In this document: positions 29,039 through 39,823 of the stretch, in pieces | Numbering within the stretch: position 1 is the stretch's first letter | How the letters are laid out: each line of letters opens with the position of its first letter | Translations under genes and position numbers: made by a program | The notes under the pieces: model-generated | Databases searched by the model: none | The model's input: only the letters and a program-made list of their open reading frames with translations | What the model was told of the DNA's origin: nothing | DNA from: an uncultured Pseudomonadales bacterium | GTDB lineage: Bacteria; Patescibacteriota; Microgenomatia; UBA1400; PJMF01 | Assembly: GCA_964645645.1 (NCBI GenBank) | Contig: CAZYBC010000004.1 | Span: 5,148 to 69,147, forward strand | Direction of reading: 5' to 3' | DNA: 64,000 nt

Positions 29039-29626
29039 TTACTGATTAGCTTCTCCTAGCACAAACCCTTTAGCCTGCCCAAATTGCAAAAAACCATTAA
29101 AATCTAATTTTGTATTACTAATTTTAGAATCAGCAAAATTAGTTCTAAGAATGCTAGCACCACTTAAATCTGCCTTAGCCAAAATGCAATTTTCAAAGCT
29201 GGCTCCATCTAATTTAGCCAAAGAAAAATTAGCTTCTGACAGATCACATTTCATAAAGATACTATTACTCAAATCGCTTTTAGAAAAATTAGTTTTTTGT
29301 AATTTAGCCATTACTTTTAAATTTTTATCTCCAGATTTTAGTTTGTAAAAAATAGCGTTTTCAATTAAACATTCTTCAAAACTGCATTCCTTAAAGTTAA
29401 CTTCGGAAAAATCTAAATAACTTAATTTTGATTCTACAAATTTGCAAAATTCAAAAGCACTCATATCAAAAACCACTTCACTAAAATCACAATTCTGAAA
29501 AACGCAGTGCTTAAAAAATGACAGTCTTAAATTGACCTTACTAAATTTACAGTCAATAAAATTATCTTTTTCAAAATTTTCTCCGCTGAGTTCTGAAATA
29601 TTAAATTGTTTATGACGATAAAACAT
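29039..29626 (-). CDS. Pentapeptide-repeat protein
   Basis: Tandem A(D/N)LSxA pentapeptides (ADLSGASILRTNFADSKISNTKLD). Confidence 0.75.
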   Translation of the reverse strand: MFYRHKQFNISELSGENFEKDNFIDCKFSKVNLRLSFFKHCVFQNCDFSEVVFDMSAFEFCKFVESKLSYLDFSEVNFKECSFEECLIENAIFYKLKSGDKNLKVMAKLQKTNFSKSDLSNSIFMKCDLSEANFSLAKLDGASFENCILAKADLSGASILRTNFADSKISNTKLDFNGFLQFGQAKGFVLGEANQ

Positions 29627-29674
29627 AAGACTATAATATCACTCTTTTATACGCTATAATATCAGGTTACCTTT

Positions 29675-31870
29675 ATGCCATTTCAATTAGTTTCACCCTT
29701 CCAACCCACCGGCGATCAACCTCAAGCTATTGAGGCATTGACTGCTAAAATTCAAGCCGGTAATCGCCACCAAACTTTGTTAGGTGTTACTGGGTCGGGG
29801 AAGACTTTTACCATGGCAAATATTATTGCAAAGACGCAAAAGCCAACTTTAATTATTGCTCATAATAAAACTTTGGCTGCTCAGCTTTATCAGGAATTCC
29901 GCGATTTTTTCCCCAATAATGCCGTTAGCTATTTTGTCTCTTACTACGATTATTATCAGCCAGAAGCTTACATTCCCACCACTGATACTTATATCGAAAA
30001 AGAGGCCCAGATTAATGATGAAATTGATAAGCTACGTTTAGCTAGTACAACCAATTTAATGACCCGCGACGATGTGATTATCATTGCCAGTGTGTCCTGT
30101 ATTTATAACCTTGGTTCACCGGTTGAATATGGTCAATACATGATGGAATTGATTGAAGGGGAAATTATCGCTCGTGAGAGTTTACTAATTCAACTAAGTA
30201 ATATGCAATACGAACGCTCCAGCGCTGAATTACGCCGTGGGACTTATCGTTTGAGAGGGGACACGATTCAAATTTGGCCTGCTTATCAAGATACAGCCCT
30301 CAATCTTGACACTTTAGCCAATCAAATTGTCAGTATTGATGAAATTGATCCAATTTCTGGTCAAATTACTCCGGACAGTCGGGCTTTTCAAGCCCAAACC
30401 GGTCATCTCAAACGTTATGTTTTATATCCAGCTAAACATTATCTTATTAATCCCAAAAACCAGGCTGATTCCATTAAAGAAATTGAGCAAGATTTGATTG
30501 ATCGGGTAGCTCAACTTACCCAAGCTGGTAAAACCCTTGAGGCTTACCGCTTAAAACAAAAAGTTAGTTATGACTTAGAAATGATTAAAGAATTTGGTTT
30601 TGTGAATGGCATTGAAAACTATTCACGCTATTTTGACGGCCGAGAGCCAGGATCCGCCCCTTTTACTTTGCTGGAATATTTCCGCGAAAACCGCCGCCGC
30701 TTTGGCAAAACTGCTGATGGTCAAGCAGACACTTTCTTAACCATTATTGATGAAAGCCATATCAGTGTGCCGCAAATTCGGGGTATGTATAACGGCGACC
30801 AAGCCCGCAAAAAAACCCTGATTGATTACGGTTTCCGCTTGCCCAGTGCTTTGGATAACCGCCCGTTACAATTTCAAGAATTTTTAGCTAATAATGATCA
30901 ATTTTTATATGTCAGCGCCACCCCCAATGATTGGGAGGTTCAGCAGAGTGGAGGAGAAGAGCAAATTGTAGAACAACTCATTCGTCCCACAGGCTTGCTA
31001 GATCCACAATTAGAAGTCCGCTCCAGTAAAAATCAAATTGAAGATTTAGTTTGGGAAGTAGTTTTGCGCAAACAACGTGGCCAACGGGCTATCGTCACCA
31101 CCTTAACTAAAAAAATGGCTGAGGTTTTAACTGACTATCTGAATGACGAACAAAAAATTAAAAAATTAATCGCCCATCACCTAAAAAATAATCCAGAATT
31201 ATCCGCTGATAATTTAGCTCTACCCAAAGTCGCTTATCTACACTCTGATGTTGAAACCTTAGAACGCTCTGATATTTTAACTTCATTGCGTAAAGGTGAA
31301 TATGACGTGGTGGTTGGGATTAACTTGCTGCGTGAAGGTTTAGATTTACCAGAAGTCACTTTAGTAGCAATTTTAGACGCTGATAAAGAAGGATTTTTGC
31401 GCAGCGCCACTTCTTTGATTCAAACCATCGGCCGGGCCGCTCGTCATGATCAAGGCATGGCCATTCTTTATGCAGAAAAAATTACCAGATCAATGCAAAT
31501 TGCTATTGATGAGACCAAACGCAGACGACAAATTCAACTCGAATATAACCAAGAACATGGCATTACGCCGGCCACGATTATTAAACCAATCCGAGACCGA
31601 ATGGTAGAGAAAAAAGAAGACAATGACTATGAAACCATTGGCCAAAATTCATCAGCTAAGTCTGCCAACAAAAAACCCAAGAAACCATTGTTAGTTTATC
31701 TATCTAAAAAAGAAGCTGTTGATCTAAATAATTTTGATCCCACTAGTTTTACCCCAGGAGAAAAAAATCGGCTGGCTAAACTGTTGAAAACCAAAATGCA
31801 CCAAGCCGCTGATGATTTAGATTTTGAACTAGCGGCAATTATTAGGGATAGCTTAAGCAAAATAGAATAG
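29675..31870 (+). CDS. uvrB: Excinuclease ABC subunit B
   Basis: LGVTGSGKTF Walker A, UvrB helicase motifs, C-terminal UVR domain. Confidence 0.95.
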   Translation: MPFQLVSPFQPTGDQPQAIEALTAKIQAGNRHQTLLGVTGSGKTFTMANIIAKTQKPTLIIAHNKTLAAQLYQEFRDFFPNNAVSYFVSYYDYYQPEAYIPTTDTYIEKEAQINDEIDKLRLASTTNLMTRDDVIIIASVSCIYNLGSPVEYGQYMMELIEGEIIARESLLIQLSNMQYERSSAELRRGTYRLRGDTIQIWPAYQDTALNLDTLANQIVSIDEIDPISGQITPDSRAFQAQTGHLKRYVLYPAKHYLINPKNQADSIKEIEQDLIDRVAQLTQAGKTLEAYRLKQKVSYDLEMIKEFGFVNGIENYSRYFDGREPGSAPFTLLEYFRENRRRFGKTADGQADTFLTIIDESHISVPQIRGMYNGDQARKKTLIDYGFRLPSALDNRPLQFQEFLANNDQFLYVSATPNDWEVQQSGGEEQIVEQLIRPTGLLDPQLEVRSSKNQIEDLVWEVVLRKQRGQRAIVTTLTKKMAEVLTDYLNDEQKIKKLIAHHLKNNPELSADNLALPKVAYLHSDVETLERSDILTSLRKGEYDVVVGINLLREGLDLPEVTLVAILDADKEGFLRSATSLIQTIGRAARHDQGMAILYAEKITRSMQIAIDETKRRRQIQLEYNQEHGITPATIIKPIRDRMVEKKEDNDYETIGQNSSAKSANKKPKKPLLVYLSKKEAVDLNNFDPTSFTPGEKNRLAKLLKTKMHQAADDLDFELAAIIRDSLSKIE

Positions 31871-31882
31871 TACAATATTGAT

Positions 31883-32083
31883 ATGTATAATTGGAACATA
31901 GACACTACTAAATTAAAGAAAAATCCTGATGAATACGCTAAATTTATTTTAGAACAAAGAATTAATTTTGGACTAAATGGTAAAAAACTTTCATTAAAAA
32001 ACCTTAAAAAATACTGGAACGAGTTAGATATTGATTTGGCAAAAAAAAATTATTTACAAAAAATTATATGGCCTCAATCTTAA
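31883..32083 (+). CDS. Small hypothetical protein overlapping the start of the downstream nucleotidyltransferase gene. It could be a cognate antitoxin.
   Basis: 66-aa ORF with a 16-nt overlap with 32068-32724. Confidence 0.3.
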   Translation: MYNWNIDTTKLKKNPDEYAKFILEQRINFGLNGKKLSLKNLKKYWNELDIDLAKKNYLQKIIWPQS

Positions 32084-32724
32084 CTAAACAACAAAAATTA
32101 GCTTTAAAACTTATTGCACAAACGCAACTTGCTTCATTTTTTTATTTTTCTGGTGGAACAGCTTTAGCACATTATTATTTACGACATCGCAAATCAGAAG
32201 ATTTAGATTTTTTTTGCGAAAATGAATTTGATCCACAACAAATTACGATCATTTTAAAAAGTATTCAAAATAAACTCAAGTTTAATGAATTTGATTTTCA
32301 AAATAGTTTTAACCGAAATTTATATTTTTTAAAATTTGATGATAATTATGTTTTAAAACTTGAATTTACTTATTATCCTTTTCAACAAATTGAAAAACCT
32401 TCAAAAAAAGATAATTTATTAATAGATAGTCCAATTGACATCGCTACTAACAAATTATTCACCATTGTCCAAAAACCCAGAGGTAGAGATTATTATGATT
32501 TGTATTATTTAATTGATAAATATGGCTACCAAATTGAAGATTTACGCATGAAAGCTAAGATTAAATTTGATTGGCATATTGATCCATTACAATTAGCTTC
32601 TAGGTTAAATGAAGTTGACCTAAAATTAGATGATCCAATTCTTTTAAAAAAAATCAATAAGAAAAAATTGATTAATTTTTTTCAAAATGAAGCCATAAAA
32701 TTAAGCAAAAAAATTTTAGATTGA
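32068..32724 (+). CDS. AbiEii/DUF1814-like nucleotidyltransferase (third copy)
   Basis: FSGGTALAHYYL...RKSEDLDFF matches the GGTAL...RxSxDLDF signature shared with 39125-39823 and 43443-44201. Confidence 0.55.
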   Translation: MASILTKQQKLALKLIAQTQLASFFYFSGGTALAHYYLRHRKSEDLDFFCENEFDPQQITIILKSIQNKLKFNEFDFQNSFNRNLYFLKFDDNYVLKLEFTYYPFQQIEKPSKKDNLLIDSPIDIATNKLFTIVQKPRGRDYYDLYYLIDKYGYQIEDLRMKAKIKFDWHIDPLQLASRLNEVDLKLDDPILLKKINKKKLINFFQNEAIKLSKKILD

Positions 32725-32754
32725 GATAATTTTTACACCACCTTTTTTATTTAC

Positions 32755-32897
32755 TTTGCCATTCCGCCTGCGGCGTATTTAATTAGGAAATTAGTAATAC
32801 ACTTTGTAAACCATTCAAACGAAGCTTGTTGCGTTTAATTAAGCTGTTGATGTAAACCATTCCACCTGTGGTGTGTTTACAAAGCCTATGATCAATA
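32755..32897 (-). repeat. Tandem array of three REP-like units of the same family as 5455-5670, in reverse orientation, at the 3' end of the second FtsX-like permease gene
   Basis: Reverse complement gives aaatacgccgcaggcggaatgg (32759-32780), a degenerate middle copy (32808-32836) and ttgatcataggctttgtaaacacaccacaggtggaatggtttac (32852-32897). The last is near-identical to 5455-5500 except ccgcgagcgg becomes ccacaggtgg. Confidence 0.75.
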
Positions 32898-32900
32898 GAC

Positions 32901-34922
32901 CTATTCATATCTCAACGCATTTAATGCTGAAATTTTGGTGGCTCTTTTAGCAGGATAATGACCAGTTAAAATTCCCACAATGGTTGATAAAAACATTACA
33001 GAAATAACAAAAGTAAAAGGAATTACTGAGACATCAACTAAACCAACTCCCTTTACCACAGCTACACTGGATAAAGCCAAACTCAATAATTTTCCTGCGC
33101 TATAACCAATCATCAATCCCAATAAGCCCCCATAAAAACCCATAATCATCGATTCGGTTAAAAATAATTCTTTTACTTCTGCAGATTTCATGCCCATTGC
33201 TTTCATCAAACCTACTTCACGGGTTCTCTCTAATAAAGACACCGTTAAAGTATTAAACATCCCCAAAGTAGCAACTGCTAAAGCCACCATCCCCACTATC
33301 CCTAAAACTAATCTAAAAGTAGCAAACAAATTATTAATCTGAGCAACTGTATCAACTACTGAAACTGTCCCATAACCCATTGATTCAATCGCCGATCTAA
33401 CATTAGCCAACTGATTTTTTTCTTTGACAATAATTTTAATTTGAGACATGCGATTAATGCCCAAAGACCTCAATTCCACAAAAGGAACATAAACTACAGG
33501 CGTATCTTCTTCTGGAGTAACTCCTACAATTTTGTAAGTGGTGGGGGCAGATTCAATTCTTTCTGTTTCTCCCTCAACCAAATTACCAATTGCCACAAAA
33601 GTTAAAGTGATTTCTTGACCGACAGCTTGATTTTCAGCTAAACCGATGACATTTAACACTGCTTTGTTAACTACTGCTTCTCGTAAAGAATTTTTATTGA
33701 GCTCTACAACCTTAATTTTGTTATTTATGGGCATATTAGCCGAACTACTAGCCAAATTAACAATTGGCAAAGTGCCATCAGCTTTAGTAACGCCTAACAC
33801 TTTGGCTGACTCATTGACTGTAATTGGAGAAAGCCAAGCCGTATAACCCTCTTTTATTAATTGTTTGCCAGCTTCATCTCTAAGAGGAATATATTGCCCA
33901 TCTTCACAATCTTGGTCAACCACGGCTAAAGCATTTACCTCGGTTTTTTCTGCCTCAGTTTTAACGCAAGTTTGATTTTTCCACAAAGTAAATTCTGCCT
34001 TAATCCAAAAAGCAGTGTTTGTTGGTAAACTATCTTCTGGACCAGCATAATCGGCATAATGATCACCTAAAACTTGACTGCCATTTTGAGTCTCAGCTAC
34101 TTTTTTAGTGTAACCTAATACCGAACTTTGAGTAGAGGATTCACTACGCACTCTCAGCCACTCACCCTCTTTAATACTAAAAGTTAAAAGCTCAGCGCTA
34201 TCACTAGCTTGCTGAGTTTGACCAGTAATATCAGTAGTAATAATCTTGCTTGATTTTGGTGAAGTAGAACTAACTAAATCATCACTCACAAAAATTTGGC
34301 CGTGAATGGGCTGAATAGCTGAGCTTTTTAAATAATCGGTGGTAACTCCATAAACTGCTAAATCTGAAACAGAATTTTGATAAGAAATTTTACCAACAAC
34401 ACTGATTAAGGGGAGTGTAGCCTTAATTTGTGGCATATCTTTTAAACTAGCCAGCAATGATTCATTTAAAGCAGTTTCTTCACTTAACCCAGGTAAAATT
34501 TCTGCTTGTTCAAGCTCTTCCAACCGAGCCACTCGTGAAGTAACTAAATTTTCTAAACCATAACCAACTGAGACTAAAAAAACAATAAAAGCAATACTAA
34601 TGGCCATCCCGCCAATCGTGACCATGGTTCTGGTTTTTTTAACCTGCATATTGCGGAATGACAATTCAATTAAATAAGATCGGCTTAAAGTTTTTTGCTG
34701 ATTTTTTTCTAAAAAATCCAAAGTTTTTTCATAAAATTTATCAAATTGACCGGCCAAAGAGAGAACAGGTTTTAACCAAAAATAATCTTTTTTAATAGCT
34801 AATAAAAGATTAAAAACAATCTTAAGAGAATATAAAACCACCATTAACATAAAGCTGGCAAGATTTTTAAATCTAAATAACAACATCTTTAACCAGTTGT
34901 TTATTTTTTTCCAAATGATCAT
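32901..34922 (-). CDS. ABC transporter permease, FtsX/MacB-like (paralog of 3444-5450)
   Basis: Same architecture and C-terminal FtsX TM block (LLERTREVGLMKAMGM) as 3444-5450. Confidence 0.8.
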   Translation of the reverse strand: MIIWKKINNWLKMLLFRFKNLASFMLMVVLYSLKIVFNLLLAIKKDYFWLKPVLSLAGQFDKFYEKTLDFLEKNQQKTLSRSYLIELSFRNMQVKKTRTMVTIGGMAISIAFIVFLVSVGYGLENLVTSRVARLEELEQAEILPGLSEETALNESLLASLKDMPQIKATLPLISVVGKISYQNSVSDLAVYGVTTDYLKSSAIQPIHGQIFVSDDLVSSTSPKSSKIITTDITGQTQQASDSAELLTFSIKEGEWLRVRSESSTQSSVLGYTKKVAETQNGSQVLGDHYADYAGPEDSLPTNTAFWIKAEFTLWKNQTCVKTEAEKTEVNALAVVDQDCEDGQYIPLRDEAGKQLIKEGYTAWLSPITVNESAKVLGVTKADGTLPIVNLASSSANMPINNKIKVVELNKNSLREAVVNKAVLNVIGLAENQAVGQEITLTFVAIGNLVEGETERIESAPTTYKIVGVTPEEDTPVVYVPFVELRSLGINRMSQIKIIVKEKNQLANVRSAIESMGYGTVSVVDTVAQINNLFATFRLVLGIVGMVALAVATLGMFNTLTVSLLERTREVGLMKAMGMKSAEVKELFLTESMIMGFYGGLLGLMIGYSAGKLLSLALSSVAVVKGVGLVDVSVIPFTFVISVMFLSTIVGILTGHYPAKRATKISALNALRYE

Positions 34923-35701
34923 TGCTGTAATTTTTCTCCTCGTTTTGTATTATGAATATTTTTTTTAAAATATTCACTGGGATTTGTAGCTTGAGAAATA
35001 ATTTTGCCATCAAACATTTCTAAACTCCGAGAAGCATAATCTAAATATTCCAAATCGTGAGTCACCATAATCACTGTTTTACCTTGCCGATGTAAATTAG
35101 CCAGCAATTTCATCAACTCTTGACCAGATTTAAAATCTAAATTACCAGTTGGCTCATCCGCAATGATTAAATCTGGATTAGTCACCATCGCTCTAGCTAA
35201 AGCCACGCGTTGTTGTTGTCCGCTAGATAACTCTGTAGGGATATAATCTTGCCAATCGGTCATGCCTACTAAATCTAAAACCGCCAAAGCCTTTACGGCA
35301 GCCTCTTTGGCTTTCATGCCGCTTAAACGCAATGGAAACATCACATTTTCTTTAACCGTTAAAGCTTTTACCCAGTTGGGCTGCTGATAAACCATGCCAA
35401 TGTAATATTTTCTTAAATCAGATAGGCCATCTTCATCAAGGCTATCATATAAAGATTGACCTTTAAATAAAACTTTGCCATGAGTAGGTTTTTCCAAGCC
35501 CAATAAAATATGCAATAAGGTAGATTTACCACAACCTGATGGCCCAAAAATTACTAAAAATTCGCCAGCTTTTACGACTAAATTAATATCCATTAAAATA
35601 GGCGTGGCTTGAGCTTTCACAAAAAAAGTTTTATCTATATTAATCGCTTCAAGCACAGGGCGATTAGATTTTGCTGGTAGAGTCTTATTCATTTCAATCA
35701 T
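34919..35701 (-). CDS. ABC transporter ATP-binding protein (paralog of 2704-3447, roughly 55 percent identical by eye)
   Basis: [37 protein letters not shown]. Confidence 0.9.
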   Translation of the reverse strand: MIEMNKTLPAKSNRPVLEAINIDKTFFVKAQATPILMDINLVVKAGEFLVIFGPSGCGKSTLLHILLGLEKPTHGKVLFKGQSLYDSLDEDGLSDLRKYYIGMVYQQPNWVKALTVKENVMFPLRLSGMKAKEAAVKALAVLDLVGMTDWQDYIPTELSSGQQQRVALARAMVTNPDLIIADEPTGNLDFKSGQELMKLLANLHRQGKTVIMVTHDLEYLDYASRSLEMFDGKIISQATNPSEYFKKNIHNTKRGEKLQQ

Positions 35702-35704
35702 TGA

Positions 35705-38700
35705 TTATTCCTTAATAATTCGCAAAAAACTAAACGCTGAACTTAAATTTTCCATCACTAAATCAAAAGCTGAGCGAGTGGCTTTGGGCGCAATCGTAGC
35801 CATATCAATACTGAGCGCTTCATTCCCAGCTGCGTCTTTAGAAATAGCTCTTAAGTGATAAACCTGGCTAGGCGTAAGACCAGAAATAATTACCGAGTGA
35901 TTAAGAGTTAAATTGCCATCTTCTTGAGTTTTTTGACCATAACTTGTCCCAGTGCCTTCTCCATATTCTACTTGGGTAGTAGCTGGCTCATCAGTCGTCC
36001 AAGAGACTACCAGTTGAGCTTTTACTTGACCAGCCGCAAAACCAACTGGCGGAATAGTGCCACCAATTACTTTCAACCCAATAATTTGTGATGGTCGAGT
36101 ATCAGTAGCCGTCGTAAACACAAAAGTATCAGAAGAAGCTTCATTGCCAGCTTTATCCAAGCCTTTTACTAGTAGATTATATTGTTGAGAAGGCAAAAAG
36201 CCAGAAATAGTCATCTCTCGATTACCAGCCAACAACTCCACATCAACTTGATCTTTAGCCAGACTGGGTTGACCAACTGGATAATAGCTAACAATTGCTG
36301 AAGTCGGCGTATTGACTGTCCAACTAACTAAAATGGTAGTTTGAGAAGTGCCGGCTACTTCTTGCAAACTCACATTCGTAATCCTTGGTCTAGGCATGGT
36401 AGTAAAAGTTAAAGCCTGACCTTCATACTCATAACCTTCGCTATCAAAAGTATTAATTTTGTAATAATAAGTAGTGCCATCTTCCAGACCAGATAACTCA
36501 GTGGTCACTATATTAGCCGTGGTAGAAGTAGCCACCTCTTTTAAACCACCAAAGGCCGTACTTTTACCATAATAAATTTTAACGCTACTTGCTCCACTAA
36601 CAGTATATTTAATGATGGCACTGCTTAGGCCAATTTGAGTAGCTTGAGGATCTGTGACTGAAGGCGCCGCTTGAGTGGTAAAACGCTTTTCACTACTTGT
36701 ACCAGTGTTACCGTCTTCATCAGTCCACTTCACTTTATAATAATAGACTGTACCTGGAGACAAATTAGTTAAATTAATAGTGTGGTCAGTCACTTGAGAA
36801 GCATTAGATGGTTCTTCGGTAAAATAACTTCCTGAACTAGTGCCAAAAGACACTTTAGAATCACTGTTTCTACTAGTTGTCCAAACAATTTTAGCTTTTC
36901 TGGTAGTCACCGAGCTTTCACTGGGGCCAGAAGTTAAACTAGCCGCCTCAGTATAAGTGCCTTTGGGAGTAAGAGTAACCGCATTGGTATAGGAAGGACT
37001 AGCCGTTGATTCGCTAGAAGTATCACTTGTGCCAATCCGCCAATAATACTGCCTTGATTCGCCAACAGTATCCACATAAGCTGTCCCGCTGGTGGTAGTA
37101 ACAGTAGTCCAAATAGAACCATCGGTTGACCTTTGCACTGTATAGGTTAAGGTACCAGTGCCTTGGTAAGTAGGATGATTCCAAGCTAAAGAAGCCCGCC
37201 ATAAAGAAGCAGATTTAATTGATGCATCAGCCACACTTAAATCTTTGGCTGGATCTGGCATAGTAGAGTTTAAAGTAAAAGTGCCAGCAATATAGTTACT
37301 AGGAGAATAGTTATCTCCGTCATCCACCGCCACTACTCGCACGGTATTGCTCCCTTTTTGCACGCCAGCTAATTCGCTAGCTGATAAACTGGTGCCAGTA
37401 ATAGGGATATAAGTGGCTGAATTAGAAGTTAAAGTGCTCAAAGTTGAAGGCGGAGTAGTATTAATCATGTAGTAATAACTAGCAATCGTTTGCCCATCCG
37501 CCGGCGTAGCCGCTGGCCAGGAAAGAGCAAAAGAATTGCTCGTGCTAGTGGTTGGCGTAATCGTCACCACTGCATCACCAGCAAAAACTGGAGCATCTCC
37601 TCCATAAGCCAAATTCCCAGTTCTATAAGTAGAAGGGGAAGAAACATTGCCAGCTAAATCAACCGTTCTAAAAGAAATAATATTATCACCAATCACTAAA
37701 TAATCACCATCACGAGCTTGAGTTAAATAAAGCGGTTGCTCATAAGCAGCGGGGATATAAGAAATGCCCAATAAAGCATGCGTGCTGGTGCCAAGCCAAT
37801 CACCACTATTATTAAGCATGTATTGCCACCCCAAAACTGCCGAGTGGACATCACTACTAGCTGCACTGCCACTGGTAGGCCAAGAAAAATTCATGTCCAC
37901 AATGTTATTAAATGTTCCAGAAGCAGGATTAATATAGGACACATTAGTCGGCGCAGTATTATCAAAAATAAAACTAAAAGTGGCCATACTGGTGTTATAA
38001 GTATTACCAGCATTATCAATGGCTTTAATATTCAAATGATAAGTGGTGCCATTCACAAAACTACTGGATAAATAATCACCAGCAGATAAATCTAAAACCT
38101 CACTAGCCACAATAAACATACAATCAGTGCCAAGCGTAGAAACTGGAGAATTGGTGAGCAGGCCCGCGGTACCAGATTGCGTTAAATGATTGCCAGGATC
38201 AGCACTAGCTGAAGTACCAAGATACAAACAATAACCTTTTAAGTCTGATCCACCCACATTATCAGCCCCAGCACTCCAGGTAAAATAAGGTTCAGTACTA
38301 TTAGAATAACCAGCCTCTGGAATAGTGTGGCCAGCCACGGCTGACTTCATCACAATGGCGGAGGCATTAGTGGCAGGCTCAGTAATATCAGTGCTGTAGT
38401 CAGCAATACTCACCCCAGGGCTAGTAAAATTTAACCAGCCCACATCTTCACTAAAAGCATAACCACTTAAAGTGCCAGTACTCAGGTTAATCGTTACCGC
38501 ACTATTGTAATTGCTGAAATCAATATAAGCGCCAGTTGCTACCACTAAGGCTTTACCAGCTAAAATCCCGGTATCTGGATCATAAGTGACTGGCCCTTGC
38601 GGATTATCAGTTTCACCAAAAGCCACCCAACCCACATCTTCACTAAACACATAGCCCTCAAAATTGTGGGCAATCATATTAATCCGGACATTAGAATTGT

Positions 38701-38872
38701 AATTATCAAAATCTAAAAAAACACTAGTGTTTGCTGCTACGGCCTTACCAGAGATAGCAAAGCTAGAAGCATAAACCAAAGGATGAAAACTTTTTAGCAC
38801 TAAAAGACCAGCCAGCACTAAACTAACTAACGGCAAAAACTTCTTGGCAGAGTTTAGCTTAAACTTTAACAC
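35705..38872 (-). CDS. Large secreted Fn3/Ig-like-repeat surface protein (1055 aa) with a signal peptide. Paralog of 1-2700.
   Basis: N-terminal signal peptide. The C-terminal 450 aa align with the 25-2700 protein (SWTTSRNSDSKVSFG, LSPGTVYYYKVKWTDEDGNTG). Confidence 0.75.
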   Translation of the reverse strand: MLKFKLNSAKKFLPLVSLVLAGLLVLKSFHPLVYASSFAISGKAVAANTSVFLDFDNYNSNVRINMIAHNFEGYVFSEDVGWVAFGETDNPQGPVTYDPDTGILAGKALVVATGAYIDFSNYNSAVTINLSTGTLSGYAFSEDVGWLNFTSPGVSIADYSTDITEPATNASAIVMKSAVAGHTIPEAGYSNSTEPYFTWSAGADNVGGSDLKGYCLYLGTSASADPGNHLTQSGTAGLLTNSPVSTLGTDCMFIVASEVLDLSAGDYLSSSFVNGTTYHLNIKAIDNAGNTYNTSMATFSFIFDNTAPTNVSYINPASGTFNNIVDMNFSWPTSGSAASSDVHSAVLGWQYMLNNSGDWLGTSTHALLGISYIPAAYEQPLYLTQARDGDYLVIGDNIISFRTVDLAGNVSSPSTYRTGNLAYGGDAPVFAGDAVVTITPTTSTSNSFALSWPAATPADGQTIASYYYMINTTPPSTLSTLTSNSATYIPITGTSLSASELAGVQKGSNTVRVVAVDDGDNYSPSNYIAGTFTLNSTMPDPAKDLSVADASIKSASLWRASLAWNHPTYQGTGTLTYTVQRSTDGSIWTTVTTTSGTAYVDTVGESRQYYWRIGTSDTSSESTASPSYTNAVTLTPKGTYTEAASLTSGPSESSVTTRKAKIVWTTSRNSDSKVSFGTSSGSYFTEEPSNASQVTDHTINLTNLSPGTVYYYKVKWTDEDGNTGTSSEKRFTTQAAPSVTDPQATQIGLSSAIIKYTVSGASSVKIYYGKSTAFGGLKEVATSTTANIVTTELSGLEDGTTYYYKINTFDSEGYEYEGQALTFTTMPRPRITNVSLQEVAGTSQTTILVSWTVNTPTSAIVSYYPVGQPSLAKDQVDVELLAGNREMTISGFLPSQQYNLLVKGLDKAGNEASSDTFVFTTATDTRPSQIIGLKVIGGTIPPVGFAAGQVKAQLVVSWTTDEPATTQVEYGEGTGTSYGQKTQEDGNLTLNHSVIISGLTPSQVYHLRAISKDAAGNEALSIDMATIAPKATRSAFDLVMENLSSAFSFLRIIKE

Positions 38873-39124
38873 TAAGATAAGAATAGCAAAAAAGAGGCTG
38901 TGATAGCAAGCTGAAAAACTGTTTTGTTTTATCTGGCAATAAAGTCTAAATAATTATCTTTATTTATTGTTTGAAAGTGTGAATTTGGATAATTATCTGT
39001 CCAAGCTTGTGGTAACTTTGCAGTATTTTTACTTAACTTAAATTCAAAACAAACTGAATTAGCGTTAATTCCGCTTGTCTATGATCCGAAATAGCGCCAA
39101 TTCCGCTTATGGAGCTATTTAAAA

Positions 39125-39823
39125 TTATTTTTCATTGCTTTCTTTTCGCAATTGCAATAAAGAAATAGTCTCTTCTCGCAACTTAGCTCTAGCCCAATCC
39201 TTCTGCCCTTCAGTCAATAATTCACCTGACCCATCCAAAATATTGCGGTTATTCATTTTTTCTAATTTTTTAATACATTTTTCTACTAACGTATCGAAAG
39301 GCATCTCTGCTCGCTGTTCTACAATTTTTTTATTAATTAAAAAACGATTTTTCAAAAAAAACCAAACATCATAAATGTCTCGGCTAGTTTTGCCCATCCG
39401 TTCATACATAGCCATTAATTTATGAGCAAACATATCCTCAGCAACCATCACCAGCATCGACATCCCAAGATAAGTTTTTATTTCATATTTTGAGCCAAAA
39501 TGTCTACGATTGATTTCTATCTTAATATTGTGAGCCTTATCTTGATATGAAAGTAAGCAAAATAAATTATGACGTTTTTTATATGAATCTTTAAGTTGCC
39601 CGTATTTTTTCACAATCTCTACCACTCGCTCAAAAACTAAAGCTTCTTTGTCATCATCCAATAAATCAAAATCAAGATCAACTGAAAATCGATCTAAGCC
39701 ATAAAACATTAACAAAGCTGTTCCGCCTTTAAATCCCAAAAAAGGTGAAATAGTGGTATCAGAATAAATATTTTTCAGAATTTGAAACAAAATAGTTTTA
39801 TGAATTACAATATCAAATGTCAT
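39125..39823 (-). CDS. abiEii: AbiEii-family nucleotidyltransferase toxin (type IV TA / abortive infection)
   Basis: FKGGTALLMFYGLDRFSVDLDF (GGTAL...RFSxDLDF). 4-nt overlap with the upstream abiEi. Confidence 0.7.
   Translation of the reverse strand: MTFDIVIHKTILFQILKNIYSDTTISPFLGFKGGTALLMFYGLDRFSVDLDFDLLDDDKEALVFERVVEIVKKYGQLKDSYKKRHNLFCLLSYQDKAHNIKIEINRRHFGSKYEIKTYLGMSMLVMVAEDMFAHKLMAMYERMGKTSRDIYDVWFFLKNRFLINKKIVEQRAEMPFDTLVEKCIKKLEKMNNRNILDGSGELLTEGQKDWARAKLREETISLLQLRKESNEK

Noticed and set aside
36934-38071. Short ORFs 36934-37122 (-) and 37778-38071 (+) inside the 1055-aa surface protein gene
   Set aside because: They are alternative-frame ORFs within a long, signal-peptide-initiated coding region.
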